From Bilabrum cf. latius (lineage: Eukaryota), in the NCBI GenBank assembly GCA_965178125.1, contig OZ237752.1, positions 620,001-684,000 of the forward strand: a stretch of DNA of 64,000 nucleotides, read 5' to 3'. The first letter of the stretch is position 1; every line of letters begins with the position of its first letter. A program made the position numbers and the translations under genes. The notes below the pieces were generated by a model. It ran no database searches. It was not told where the DNA came from and saw nothing but the letters and a program-made list of their open reading frames with translations. This document shows, one piece after another, positions 12,101 to 25,313 of the stretch.

Positions 12101-14438
12101 AGGAGCCACAGCCACGGGCATCTTACCAGACCCTGCGGGCATAAGCAGCTAGGCAGACCCTCTGTTCGTGCCCCCGTCAGTACTCGCGGGCGTCCAGGAG
12201 GAGGATTTCACGAGGGAATCCGATGCGCGCGCTGGCTCAAAGTTTGGACCTGGCCGCAGGCACGGCCACTCTCTGCGATACCGCACCCGCAGCGCCATCC
12301 TTGATCTGGCCCGGCAGCATGCCAAGGACTCGGTCGACGCCACCACGCTGGCCCGCCACATGGAGGCCGTGGTGGGGATGGGCGAAGATGAACTGGAGCG
12401 CTGGATGCTAGACGACGACTCAGAGGCGGTTGGTATGGCGCGTGCGCGCCATGTGCTCGAATGCCTGGAAGCGGATGAACTGACAGCCAGCAATTCAACG
12501 CACGGCCACCCCGCATCCACGTGGGCGGTCAGCTCTGCAGCCTCCACCCTCGCTGCAGCTGAGAACGACCACAGCCGAACGGGCGAGGGCAATGGGCTAG
12601 ACGTGAGAAATAGAGGCATTGCACTGGGCCCAGGCTCGTAGAGGATTGCCCTCGCGTGGCGAGACATCACCCTGGATGCAGTGTCGCAGCAGGGGGAGAG
12701 GTTCCCCGAGCTGGCCGAGCTGCCTGAGGACAGCAGAGGCGATGGCCGAGTGCGTGTGGTGGAGCACAAAGGAAGCAAAGCGAAGTCATCGTGGAGCAGG
12801 AACAGGAGCTGGATCGCAGCCGAGAGGATGCTTCGGCAGCACCTGGGGCTGCCCAAGGAGCATGCGCCGCGAGTGAGGCTGATGCCCGCAGATTCGAGGG
12901 AGCATGGCAGTGGTGCTGGCCTGTCGCTCGATGGCGGTGATAATCCGTAGCATTTGGACGAGTATGATGACGATCAGACTGTTCCCGGCGGTTCACCTGA
13001 CACAGTTTCGCTGGTCGGCACGCCGACCCGATCGCCGGGCCCCTCGGAGCACCTGGCCATGATGGTGCTGCAGCTGGCTGCTGGCCAGCTGCAAACCAAT
13101 GGCAGGGCCGCAGCCGAGCACTCTCTCCGTATGGCATGCAGCGTCCCCGATGCGGCCCTAGAGCAGGCTGGGAGAGGCTCCATCCATGCCGGAACCGATG
13201 CGGGTGATGGCTTGCCTGCAGGGGCGGGGCACGAGCTCCTCAGGCACGCTGATGATGAGACGCTCGTGGCGACCGGCTGTGACATTGCCGCCTGGTACGG
13301 CGCTGATGCCACGCCGACCCTTCGGCACGCAGTGCACTGCATTGCAGACGAGCTACTCGCGGTGCGCGGGCCCCGCCTCGCGAAGGAGAACCGTGGCCTG
13401 CTCGTCGAGGCGCTGCGAGGCCTGAGGCCCGTCTCGGCGGGGTCGTGGTCTCCTCATGGAGTGGATATTGTGGCCGAGCGTCAAGTTTTGTGCGGGCTCC
13501 AGCATGGCACTGATGGTAGCCGGCGAGCGTCTGGCGAGGGCGGCGATGCTGCATCCTCTGGCAGTCTCAGCTACTTGCTGAGGCCGGTCGGGTCCGGACC
13601 ACCAGGCTACGAGCCGGACGGTAGCAGCACAGGTGAAATTCCTGGACGAACCAATGCGAATGGTGAGTGGGTGCCCATGAGTCCTGCGGCGACAGGCGCT
13701 CAGCCTCAACTGAGCGTAGTCGCGGCTTCGGGAGCTCGACGCTGCCTACAAGCGATTTGCTCAGCAGTTGCGACAAACGAGCGCTGCGTGTCTAGTTCAG
13801 CAAATGAACATCTAGCAGACGAACTTCTGGCTTGGGGAGCGGCGAATGGTTGCAAGCTTGCCAGGTCTGTACATCCGAGCGTGTCCGGGCCGTCTTGGGC
13901 CGCATCGCAACTACGGACCCCACTGGATAGCCTAGACTAGCGTCGGCAGCAAGATCTTCTGGAATGCAGTTTAGGTAATATTGCAACCGGATTTGCAAGA
14001 GGCCGAGGACCATCCGGAGGACAGATGCAAGGGTATGATCGGGTACCACTCGATGTGGCCGAGTTGATACTTTCGTACGTGCGGGATTGCGCACGATCCG
14101 GTACAGCAAAACAGGCAAGCGAGCACAATGGGATCCCGATGTCTAGGATAAAGCTCTCGTTGGGGGGTGGTGTTCAGGGTCAATAGCGTCCGACTGCACA
14201 TCATGCGACCACAGCATCCCAGTGCGACCTCGCGCTAGATGCTATTCGTTCCGCCAGGCAACGAAGTCTAGAGGCACACTTGGAATCATACCCCGACGTT
14301 AACCTGCCATGTGAGGTGGTTTAGGGCTGGAGACGCCACATTGAGAGACTCTCAGGCTCCAGCGACCTCGATTTGCAGGATTTCAGCGATACTCTCGGTC
14401 CATTGGGCAGCGCAGGCGCTGCAATTTCCAACATTTGA
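9141..14438 (+). CDS. Large hypothetical protein (~1765 aa, TAG=Gln) with a mitochondrial-presequence-like N-terminus
   Basis: Nine listed ORFs (9519 to 12954) share one frame and are separated only by TAG. Runs ATG 9141 to TGA 14436. The first ~90 aa are Arg-rich with no Asp/Glu. Confidence 0.75.
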
Positions 14439-14816
14439 TTGGCGCAGGTTGTTGTGCATTTCTTTTGGCACTAAAGGGTAGGGTGGCCGCACTTGAAAGG
14501 GACTGTTCGTCGGACTCTGGTTTGCATTGGTGCAACCTATCCACGTGGTATTATCAGGTGGACTCTCGACCGTCTCGGTAAATGCAGGTTAATAATCCAT
14601 AATCACTCCACAATTTTTGATCATATCGTCCTTTACGGGCTCCACAGGCGCTCCAGAGTATCTGGTTTATCATAGCTGTTGCGCGCTTTTTCCCAGCTAT
14701 AAAAAAGTGAACTCGCGACACAGCTCCACTTCACTCCCTATCGACCTCAATATCGACATCCAAGCAGCGAATATCGGGACAATCGATAGAAATACCTTCA
14801 GTACCCCTCGCATTCA

Positions 14817-17800
14817 ATGTCTGTCGGAGATACATCCTTGAATGTCGCAGACTTGAGCGGGCAGCGGAAGACCACAGGCAAGGTCGATGCAGCTACGCAA
14901 ACCTCGTTTCAGAGGTTCATTTCGGCCGCTCAACGCGGCATGTTTGGACTGGGATTCGTACTGGCTAAAGATTTTGAAGTAAGAGCTTGATCGCTCGAAA
15001 TGTAGGCCATTGCGACCTCGAACCGAACCGCGCAACGCATTCAAGAGCCGCTAGTCCCTCACCCTCTGCCACGCTCGCAGCCGATCACTCTCTTCCTTGT
15101 CCTCGGGTACATGGTTGATTTGGGCCAGCTTCTTTCGTTTCCGCTGAGTGACGATGATCGGATGCCATGGAATGATGCTCCAGGAGTGGGCAGTATCACA
15201 AGCATGCTAAGCTTCCTTACTCGGCTTGTCTCTGCGGACGAGAACCCCATCGCGTTCATGGCGCTTCTCGTAGTGGCATTCCTATGGATTGTTTGCTACT
15301 TGGGGATTGCCTACAGCGTTGCCGCTCGGTTCAGCGAGGACCTGCCGCAGTCTGAAATGGCTCTGAGGGCATTGCGCGCAATCACGAGCTTGTCGTCCGG
15401 TCCGCTCTACATCCCGACATCCACGGTGATCCTGCAAGGAATCGCTTGCGAAGGCGACAACTGGATCCAATCTGGTCTCGAATGCGGTGGGCCGGGACAC
15501 GGGATTATCGCCTTTATTCTATCGATCGGTCTACTGGGGTTCTCTGGACTTGCTGTCTTCGCATCCCTGATCTGGGTGGACCGATCCCCTGCCAGCCTCA
15601 ACTGGGGAGCTCGGCAGCACGGGAGGTATGATGCCGCCATGGTGGTAATCAAGCTCCTTCTAGGTTTCTGCTACTCCGTGCTGAACCGGCAGATCGTCGG
15701 CACGGTTTTTATGGCCGTCGTGCTCATGCTCCTAGGTCTCGGGCAGGCCTACGTGTACGCCTTCAGGCCGGTCTTCGTGCAGCGGGACATCAACGCCATG
15801 TACTGCGGCGGAGGGTGCGCCATGCTGTACGCCTCTCTTTGCCTGCTCATTGCCTAGCTCATCGGCGCCGACCAGGTGTACCTGTCCGTGTTCATCGGCA
15901 TCCCCGCTTTCTTCGGGATCGGTTTCTTCGCCGCGAGGAGGAGGCTCGACCTCGTGGGCAGGGGGCACCTGAGGCAGTGCCAGTCCCTCGCAGACGTGCA
16001 CGTGTGGGCCCGCCGCCGGATGCAGAGGTACGCCGCTCTCAAGCACCTCGCCGAGAGGAGCGGGGTGTAGCAAGGGGGCCAGCACACCGCCGACAGTGCC
16101 ATGGTCCTCGAGAGCAAAAAGGGGCACATCAGCAAGCCCGGGTGGCAGGGGAAGGACCAGGACCAGGACGAGTACGACGACGACGACGTGCTTGAGAGCG
16201 CATCCGGAGACATAAACGACGCGGCATCGGCACACGACGATGGCGCGAGCGTACAGTCCGGCAACTCCAAGCCCTCGCACGTGGGCAACCGCTCCACGCT
16301 GAACACCTCTCGCAAGCGTCGCACCGCCAACTTGAGTGCCAGCGCCAACAGCCACTACAAGAGCGCCACTCTACTCGCGAGGGGCGTATCGCTTCAGGTG
16401 GCCGACCAGCTCAACCCCGAGGACGTGCAGGCCGAGCTCAAGAGGGTCAAGGCGGAGGCAGAGAGGGGCTACCAGTACGGGATGGAGCGATTCAACCGCG
16501 ATGAGATGGCCTTCTTGCAGTACGGCGTATTCATCCGGTTCTTCTCCTCCTTCAGCTTCCTGGAGTGCATCGCTCTCAGCAGGGCACTGAAGCTCAATCC
16601 CAGCGTGGACTCGCGCTTCTACAGTAAGACGTACTGGCATCCGAGAAAGTGCATGGTCTCTTATCTGGTGTACTAGCTCGCTGCACTTGCACTTGATTGA
16701 CCACCTGCTTGCTACCTAGCTGTATCCACTCTTTCCATTCGCAGTCTTCACTCGCGTGCGCGCCCTCAGGGAGTCGGACGGCAGCGGGCTCAGCCCGGTG
16801 GACCGCGTGCTCTTTGACGGCGCCTACAAAGAGGTCATGACCATGCGGCTGCACGCGTACAAGTACATGTCCAGGATCTGGAACACGCTGGGCTCGGCCC
16901 GCCCAGATGTCGCCGTGGTGCTCAGCACCGGCATCGAGATGAAGGCCACTCTGGAGAAGATCGACGTGGCCTTCCGCCGACTCATGGCCCTCAACTCGGA
17001 GAGCACAGCGGTGCTCCGGGCCCTGGCGTCCTACCTGATCGACCTGAGGTCCCAGCCCGAGCGTGCCACGGAGCTCTTGAACAAGGCCAACCGCATCGAG
17101 GACTCGTCCAGGAAGTCTCGCATGAAGCTCGTGCAGAACGTCGAGTTCGGCACCTCCACGCACACGCAGTCCATCCTCGAGGACGGCGCAGCCATCATCA
17201 CCATCAGCGGAGCGGCAGCCGTGGGCAGCGACTCCAAGCTGGGTGAGATCGTGCAGGTGACGCCGTCTGCATCGCGGCTCTTCGGCTATGGGGCCTCGCA
17301 GATGATCGGCCAGAACGTCGCCATCATTGTCCCGCCTCCCATCGACCTCGTGCACAACCGGCTGATGGCTGCATTCGGCAGGAAGCGCACCTCCGCGATC
17401 GTTGGTGCAACAAGGCTGGTCTTCGGGCAGAAGCGCACGGGAGACGTCTTCCCCATGTGGCTGCAGGTGTCCGAAGCGCCTCCGGACGAGCAGACCGCTG
17501 AGCCCCGGTTCTCTGCGGTGGTGCACGAGGTAGTGACCCAGCAGGATTTCGTCGTCTTCGGTGGTCCCGAGGTGCAGTTCAAGATCCACGGGTGCAGCGC
17601 TCGCACCCTTGAAATGCTGGGCCTGGAGAACGAGGCGCTCCAGTCGGAAGAGATCAGCATGGAGCAGTTCTTCCCGTCCATCGACTCCACCTACAGCGAG
17701 GAGATCCCGCTCAGCGAGGAGGACATCAGGGCCATTGCTGCTGTGCCCGTCGTGCAGAACCTGGAGGACGTGCTGGGCTCTTTGAGGCTGCAGTCGCGGA

Positions 17801-20800
17801 CCATCTCGGGCCGCGCCCTGATGCGACCCATGCACGCGCATCAGCACCACGTGGGCATTCATGAACCGGCCGGTGGCGGCGCCTCGATCGGATCTGACGC
17901 GGCTGCGCACGGTGACAGCTAGCATGACAGCGAGCATGCCGCACACCGTGGCCTCGCTCCCATCATCGGAGAAGGGCGAGTGCGAGACGGAAAGAATCTT
18001 CGCCAGTCCGTGGGCTTCAAGATGGAGAAGAGAGGGAGGCCCGAGGACGATGAAGGCGAGCGATCGGGAGGCAGCCGGTCCAAGTCGAAGAGCAAGAGGA
18101 AGAAGAAGAAGGATGCAAAGGCCTCCCGACACGACCAGCTCAAGGCCGCCATCGCCAACTGCCAGTCAGCTCGCGCCAAGCCCATGCGCCAGCAACGCAA
18201 GCCAGGGATCATCCCTGTGCGGGTGCTGGGAGTGGATTCACTCATCGTTGGGTGCTGCCAGCGAGTCGTGATCGGCAGCGTGCCCACGTTCTACGTCCTC
18301 AAGTACAATGCGCTCCAGTACAGCGAGATTGAGGGCGAATCACGCCAATCGTTGGGTTCCTACCGCCGGCACTCGAGTGCTGGCATGCACGATGGTGGGT
18401 TTGCAAGGCAGAGCAGTCCCTCGCGCCGCGCCTCTGGAAGCACGGCAGCAAAGGGGTAGTACTCGCAGCTCGCGTCATGGCGGTTCGACAGCAAGATCGA
18501 CATTCCATCTGGGACCACCTCACGGCAGCGCGCCGGGTCAGATGCGCTGCATGAGGGCGGTAGCGCAGATGCAGCCAAATTCGAGGTGGAGGTGGCATCG
18601 AGGAAGCTTCGCTCCACCCCCACCGCACCCACACGGCCAGGGGGCATGACTCTTCCGGCCATCCCAGCAGAGAGGAGCCACGAATCTGAGAATCAAGAGA
18701 TCTCCGCAGTGGCCATTGGCCCCGGCCCGGACGCCAGCAGCGACTAGCGGCCCGCGCCCGTGCCGGAGTCCAAGGACGAGGATGCCAACGAGGACAACGA
18801 GGACGCCCTGGGCCAAGTGGAGCAGGACGCTACGGCACAGGCGGACGGGTCGCAGGCAAGCGCAGATGCTGTGGTCCGTGTGATGCACGGGACGGGCGAG
18901 GACGAGACAATGAATCGCAGCCGCGGGTCAGACAGCAGCGCGGACGAGCACAAGAGCTCTGACACGAGAGACCCGAGCTCGCCGGACGGCAACGGGGCTG
19001 CCGCTGCTTCTGCTGCCGGGGCGCACTTCCGATCAGGGGACCGGACATCCGATCGGACCCCAGCACTTTCACTCGTCATCGCGTCGGAGAGAAGGCCCTC
19101 GCAGAGCCGAGGCATCCTCAAGCGGGGCACCATCCAGCGAGACCATGAGCACGAGGCTGGCAATGGGACAGCATCGCACAGTCTGCTAGGCAACGATGAC
19201 GTGGACGAGGATGGCGACACTTCGTTCCTGCGGTCGTCATCAATACGGTCCGAGAGCACGAGCGAGAGGAGGCGCAGAGATAGCAAGACCGAAGTGCTGG
19301 TCGTTGACAGGGCCAAGAGCTTCCACAGCGGCACCGGATCCACTCGGTCCAGCATTGCCCGGATCCAGCAGCTGTCCAAGGGTGCGGTCGAGCCGGAGAT
19401 CCGATCCATCAGGGTCATGCTGATCGTGCTTGGCACTGCGGTGCTGGCGCTTGGCATCGGCATCGTCCTCTACATGTCCAACGTGGTCAATAACATCCGG
19501 AACAACTCGGCCTCCGTGTGGATCGCGGGGCAGAGGCGCAGGGCCATGCAGACGGGCATCGATGCGGTGCTGTGGATGAGCTTCCAGAGCTTTGACGCAA
19601 ATGGCACGGTGACGGGAGCCTCCTCTGTCCTGGACTCGATCGAGGACACCGTGCGACGGCTGCAGATCTCGAGGGCGGCGAGCGACGCCCACCTCGCGGC
19701 GTATCGCGCATCCAGCGAAGCGGACCTGGCTGCCCTCGATGCAATGCGTGGCGCTGAAGAGGAAGCTGCCAGCCTCCTCGACGACGTAGCTCTGCGCGGG
19801 GAGATGTACGAGCACCGGCGGCAGCTCCAGTACAGCACGAATGCAGAGACGGCAGCCATGGCCAGCCACGGCAAGGGCGCCCTGGAGCTGCTGGCGCTGA
19901 TCGCGGACGAGATCCAGATCGCCCAGGCGCGCATGTTTGAGATCAAGACGGATGACTAGGTGCGCTAGTTCGAGGCAGAGCACCGCACCGCCATGCGGCT
20001 GCCGCAGCAGGCAGGCGGGGGCACGGTGTTCGTGCCTCTGGTGCAGCACGTGCAGGAGATTGTCGCTGCCATGCGGAGGATCTCCCGTCTCAACCCTCAG
20101 AACGTCACCGTCACCCAGCGTGACGTCCTGTTTCTGAGCCTCAACACTGAGGTGTGGGACATGGCCATGGGTCACTCTTTGGAGATGAGGTACGTGGTGT
20201 ATGCTGCTGTCTTCCCCAGGACCGTGCAGGAGGTGATGATATTCGGGTCTTGCGTGTTCGTGGTGTACATCCTCCTGGGCTCGTGCGTGTTTGCCAACCT
20301 GACCACCCGGCTGGGCGCCAAGGTGAGCCTGGTGCTGCAGACCTTCCTTTTGCTCCCACGGTCGACTGCCCGGCGATTGGCCAGCCGCTCCCAGAGACAG
20401 CTCAACAAGGTGATGAGAGAGATCAACAGCGAGCTGGCCTCCGACTCCGAGGACGAGAGCGAGGAGGAAAGCGACCAGGAAATGATGCGTGGCCTGGAGA
20501 CGGGCTCCGATGCGGATGTCACCACGCGCCTCATCAAGAAGCAGGGCCACGGGGCCGACGAAACCGACGCGGACAGGGACCAGCTCGCCAAGTCGCTGGG
20601 ACAGGGCGGTCGCAGTGCAGCGGCAGTATACCCCGACAAGGAAGACGGAGCGAGCTCGGCCGTGGTGCGCATCAAGGAGCCCATCAGCTCAGGCAGGTCA
20701 CAGGGATCCCGCAGGAGCAGGCACTCGTCCCGCTTCTCCTCTCGGAAGGCGCGAGATGCAGCCTACGTGGCAGCCATGGCCAACTTGAGGAACCACACGG

Positions 20801-22425
20801 ACAGCTCTCAGTTCGTGTGGAGGTCGACGGTGTGGCTGCTCGTGCCTATCCTGCTTGTCCTTGGCTTCATTGTCTTCTTCGTCCTGTGGCAGCTGTCCTT
20901 CACCCAGGTCATGCTCAGGACCTCACAGAGGATCATCGCGGCGTCCTCGCTGGAGTCTCAGCTTGCGGGTACCACCAACACGATGCTGGGCCTGAACTCG
21001 GCCATTGCTCGCAATTCCGGCAGCGACCGCATCATTGAGCTCGCCAAGCTGGCCGACCTGCAGGGACAGAAGACAACCGCCGTGTCCTCTGTGCTGACGT
21101 TCGGCGGGAAGGCAGTGCTGACCAAGCTGCTAGTTGCGAACTCCACGCGAGCTGAGGAGGTATTCGGCCACATCTCAGAGGATGAGGTCACCCTGGATGC
21201 TATTGAGAGCTCCAAGGACCCGGGAGGGAGCCAGGCGTACGAGGTGATGCACAGCGACACGTGCAGTGCGGTGGTGTGGCCCAACACCAGCACAGTAGTG
21301 TCTCTGGAGCGGATCGACCGCGCATAGAGCCGTCCGTCCGAGAGCGAACTGGCCAGCCAGGAGTACGCCGATGCTCTTCAGATGTGCCTGGAGACCGAGG
21401 GCGGCGTGCTAGGCGAGGGAGCTCTGTCCGCCATCGCCACTGTGGTGTTCAATTTGAGGCAGGCCGTGTCCGCCGTGTTCCTGGACCTGACGGGCCTGCC
21501 GCCCCCGTCCATGCGAGGCAACTCGGCCGACGACGTCTCCGTGATTCGGCGGCAGAGGCGCGCCCTGCTGGGCCTGGCCGACGACGACTGGCATGATGGG
21601 GATGTCAATGGGGCTCTGTTTGGGGACACGGACGAGATGGCCGGGCTCTTTGGAGAGGATGGTGTAGACCATGGGTAGCCCGTGGGCTCCGTGCAAGGAC
21701 GCGATGGCAGCCTGTGGAGCTCTGGTTGGGAGCAGCAGCGGGGCGAGGGCGGGTCCTGGGACTGGGGAGGGGAGGGGCTCGGCAGCGAGAGCACCATCCG
21801 GAGGAGTGACGGGCGGGCCCGTGGGGTGCCGCAAGCATCGCGGTCGACGGGCATCGGTGCGCCGCCGACTGCTAGCCAGAGCTAGTCATTCGAAGCGCCA
21901 GTTGCCGCGTCGCTGTCCAAGCACCACGAGCCTGAATCCAGGGAGCTGAACGGTGGCAACACCACCGCAGGTGCTCTGGACAGCTCGGGTACCCAGACGC
22001 AGAATTCCACGGAGCCTGCGCTTGCGTTCAGCACGGTCGCCACGATGCTGGACTTCACTTTCAGGATCAGGTCGATCGTGAACCCGTTCCTGCTGCACTC
22101 CATCTCGGCAGTGCGGGTGAATTTCTTCCTCGGCCTGAACGCCTCCTTGATCAGCGGTTAGAACCTGCTCAACATTTCCGCTTGGGTGTTCGTGGGCGTG
22201 TTCCTGGTGACCACGGCCTTCTACTGGCCGGCCGTGGCAAGCCTGAACGTGCCGCTCACTTCGGCGAGGCAGATGCTCCTGCTGCTGCCAGAGGAGACCA
22301 TCCTGCGGATCACGGTGCTACGGACGGCTCTGTATCGGATCGCGACCGACCATGAGAGGGCAGCGGCAGGGCAAGCCAAGGTGGCTCCCGAGGGGGGTGA
22401 TGCGGCCGCGGGCGCTGGAAAGTGA
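14817..22425 (+). CDS. TmcB-like multi-pass membrane protein with PAS domain (~2461 aa; exons 14817-14978, 15081-16623, 16745-22425; TAG=Gln)
   Basis: N-terminal multi-TM block, helical region, PAS motif (EIVQVTPSASRLFGYGASQMIGQNVAIIVPPPIDLVHN...GQKRTGDVFPMWLQV), further TM segments, TGA end. Splicing restores KDFE|PITL and SRFY|IFTR. Confidence 0.85.
14979..15080 (+). other. Spliceosomal intron (102 nt)
   Basis: GTAAGA...CGCAG; contains an in-frame TGA; removal joins two coding segments in phase 0. Confidence 0.75.
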
Positions 22426-22605
22426 TTGAACATTGTGCATCCATCACGATACAATTGCACTGCAACTGGGTGCTCTGCCTGGCACCGGCTAATTGCCCTC
22501 ATTCTCTTTGCGCCCCGGTCGACTTGTGCCCCCCGCGGCTAGAGTCCCCGGCGTCTGCCATGAGGCGGCGGGTGGCTCGTTTGGTGCGAGTTGTCAGGAC
22601 ACGTG
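15981..22605 (+). repeat. Segmental duplication A, copy 1 (~6.6 kb; copy 2 at 25383-32007)
   Basis: Near-identical sequence at a constant offset of 9402, from CAGTCCCTCGCAGAC to TTGTCAGGACACGTG. Confidence 0.95.
16624..16744 (+). other. Spliceosomal intron (121 nt); duplicate at 26026-26146
   Basis: GTAAGA...CGCAG; phase-1 removal fixes the frame change; about 9 substitutions between the two copies, whereas the downstream exon is nearly identical. Confidence 0.9.
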
Positions 22606-22635
22606 GTGCCGAGTCCTTGCTTTTTGCTGCAAGGA

Positions 22636-23070
22636 TACGTCAGGATTGCGGCAGTGCGGAAGTCCACGCCCCTCGAGTCCATCGCACTGCGGAGCGGGGA
22701 GCCGGTGCCTGACAAGAGAGCCGCGCAGGAGGCGCTGGCCCAGGCGTGGTACGGCCACCCGAAGGGGGTCAGGGCATCTACAGCGAGCCTGGCCCACGCA
22801 TCACCTGTGGAACAGGGTTAATCCCAGGGGAATGCGGGCCAGGTGGCGCTGCCGCTGCCTACTGCGGCCGAGGAGGAGCGGGAGCGGGCGATCCGCAATG
22901 CAGGCGTGCGGTGGAGGGCTAGATGCGAAAGTAGAGGGGGTGGATGGCAGGCCAGGTATATTAAATAGTATTTGGGGGACTGTTATGCTACAGCAAGCCA
23001 GAGCAAGCCAGAGCATTGGCACTTGTTGCGAGAAGCGTGGCTCGACCGGGCAGTCCCTGTGAGCCGGGCA
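22636..23070 (+). pseudogene. Degenerate non-LTR ORF2 fragment (pre-RT linker/domain 0-like)
   Basis: Frameshifted peptides LRSGEPVPDKRAAQEALAQAW, LPTAAEEERE, AKVEGVDGRP and LLREAWLDRAVP resemble the LINE P-T-xx-E...KAxGxDG...W-xxx-VP region. Confidence 0.45.
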
Positions 23071-23446
23071 GGCTCTGTGCACATTTCGCATACTAGTAGG
23101 AATCACGAACACCTTATGCTCGGCGCAGTGTCGAAATCATTATTATTGACTATCACTATCTTGTGGGAACAACAACATGGCAGTTCTCGATCATTTCCGC
23201 CGTAGCTTTGAAGGATCGGATCAAAGCACCTGCCGATGCAGCAGTGATGCTCGGTTCCGGACTGCCATCAGCCTCCACGATCTCTCACACAACCTCCATT
23301 CCAAAAGCAAGACTTGCAGAAGAACCATGCCATTGGGATTTCTGACCAATTCAGATGGCACGTACTCTTTCTAGCCCAAGGCAGTCTTCTCTGTTCTCTT
23401 AATAAGCGCAGCAGCAGCTCTCATCCTGCTCGCTTATCGCGAAACC

Positions 23447-23965
23447 ATGGATGCCGACCAGCAGGCAACTGCTTCGATAGCGCTGCTTGGTGGGCAGCTC
23501 CTGCTATCGTCTGACTATGACAGTCCAGTTGTGGCAAGGGGGAGGTTCTGGCTCGCGTATTGTCACGTAAGCGAGCCGTTCAAGAGCTACTTGAATGAGC
23601 CAACCATCTTGGTGGGAATCCTGACCGTACTCGGCTCAATCATTTCGGCACTGGCAATCCGTAACAAAGCGACAGGACTGCTATGGATTCTGCTACTTTG
23701 TGAAGCCATACTCCGCTGGATTTTCGTCGGCTTGGTCAAGGCAAGGGCCGACCTGCACGTGCAGCAATTGAGGCAGGAGCTTCAAAAGGCGAACGAGACT
23801 ACCCTGAAGCTAAGGCGCGAGAATAAAGGGCTGGCAGATGATAAAAGACGCCTGAAACAGCGTGACGCAGACAAGTCGGTGGAAATAAAAAAACTGAGGG
23901 AGCAACTAGCAGCGGCAACTGCTGCAACTGCAGCTCATCGCGCAAGTGTCGCCAGTGGGGAGTGA
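23447..23965 (+). CDS. Small two-TM plus C-terminal coiled-coil protein, copy 1 (172 aa)
   Basis: ATG to TGA; two hydrophobic stretches followed by a heptad-rich basic tail; conserved second copy. Confidence 0.6.
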   Translation: MDADQQATASIALLGGQLLLSSDYDSPVVARGRFWLAYCHVSEPFKSYLNEPTILVGILTVLGSIISALAIRNKATGLLWILLLCEAILRWIFVGLVKARADLHVQQLRQELQKANETTLKLRRENKGLADDKRRLKQRDADKSVEIKKLREQLAAATAATAAHRASVASGE

Positions 23966-24219
23966 CAGGCTGATGTTGGCAAGAACCAGAGTGCGTATAG
24001 TATGATCTAGTTTGCGAAATCTTGATTTGTAGTTGCTTCAATCTTCTCGATTGGAATTTACTTAGTACAGCTGACATCTGGCAGTCAATACCAAAAGAAT
24101 GCGCAGCCACCATCAAGCTCACCAAATAACACACAGTTAGAGTTATCAAGTGCTTAAGTAATTGTTGACCCGGTGAAGCAAAGACTTGAATGCACTACTT
24201 GGATAGCAGTCTCGCCACC

Positions 24220-24795
24220 TCAGTCTCGTTTCGCTCGCTCCGTTGAAGTAGGCGCTGCGACTATTGGAAACGAGCCCCCACAGTCTTCACATGCATAGTC
24301 TTCCTCAAACGTTCTATGCTTTTTCATCCATTTGCCTTCTATTATACTCGAAGGTAAGCACTCGCTTAGCCAGTGCTGCACAGCTGCCGCGCAATTAGGG
24401 TTGGAACCCCCATTCCGTGTCGAGTACAGTGATTGAGCGAACTCTAGAGGCATGTTGGTATACACCTCAGGATATCCCAAGCACTCCACTAGAGCATCCG
24501 CGTCCTCTGCGTACTTGATGTCGACGTCGATTCTCTTCAACCGCCCGTCCGAGTCGAACCAGTGAGACACGAGCGCCACGTGCCGTTTTCCAAGGTACTG
24601 CACCAGCTCGCGTTTCACTTTGCCTGCATACGCAGTGCATGCCTCCGTAGAGGGCTTGCATTCACCTTCATGGCTTGCTGCTATTCGGCACGTCTTCGTG
24701 GCAGGTTTCGAGGTTTTGTCCGTCGTGCCCGGTACGCGTGAAACCGTCGACGATGCCGCCACCGCTCCGGTCCACTCGAAAATGGACAAGGCCAT
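24220..24795 (-). CDS. Unknown ~190-aa family (RRM-like fold plus Cys/His C-terminus), copy 1
   Basis: ATG 24795 to TGA. Motifs YAGKVKRELVQY, RIDVDIK, NPNCAAAV and CEDCGGSFP are shared with a strongly diverged paralogue. Confidence 0.75.
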   Translation of the reverse strand: MALSIFEWTGAVAASSTVSRVPGTTDKTSKPATKTCRIAASHEGECKPSTEACTAYAGKVKRELVQYLGKRHVALVSHWFDSDGRLKRIDVDIKYAEDADALVECLGYPEVYTNMPLEFAQSLYSTRNGGSNPNCAAAVQHWLSECLPSSIIEGKWMKKHRTFEEDYACEDCGGSFPIVAAPTSTERAKRD

Positions 24796-25313
24796 GCTCA
24801 ATCACGCATGGTTGCGGCTGTTGCGTTAGCGCGGAATCAGCTGCTAAGAGTCGGGAAAGTGCTTGGCTGCGAGCCGCGCGATTCTGCGGAACCGGAACCT
24901 CGAACAGTGTTGGCTTGGTCTGATTTTGGACGGGCTGATGAGCGGGAAATGAGGGGGATGCGCAAGGGGATGGATAGAATATGGTGCAGGATCGGATTGA
25001 GAGCGATCCGAGGCAATGTTAGGGTGAAGGCCGGAGAAAGGAAGCTTTGGAACAGACCGTCACCACAGACCCATCCCCCCGTCGCCGCCCTCTTCCTTCT
25101 CGTCCACCCCCGACTGCCGCTCCTGCGCGTGCCCCGCTGGACTTGTCTGACCGCTCTCTCCTCCGCTTCGCCATCAGTTCCTGCACCTTGAGCGGGTACT
25201 GCACCCAACGTGCGACCTCAATCTCATTGGCCTCACCAGCAATCTGTGTGGCCAACTTCGAGACTCTGTGAACCAATCTGCAAGATTCACGCGGGTACAG
25301 CCAACCCCCCGTG

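Noticed and set aside
24395-24400. TTAGGG telomere-like hexamer in several copies
   Set aside because: Single units that are simply the antisense of the Asn-Pro-Asn codons in the repeated ORF.
24935-24955. CTGATGAG...GAAA resembling a hammerhead ribozyme core (repeated at 39961 and 41467)
   Set aside because: No stem II can form between CTGATGA and GAAA, and I found no convincing stems I or III.
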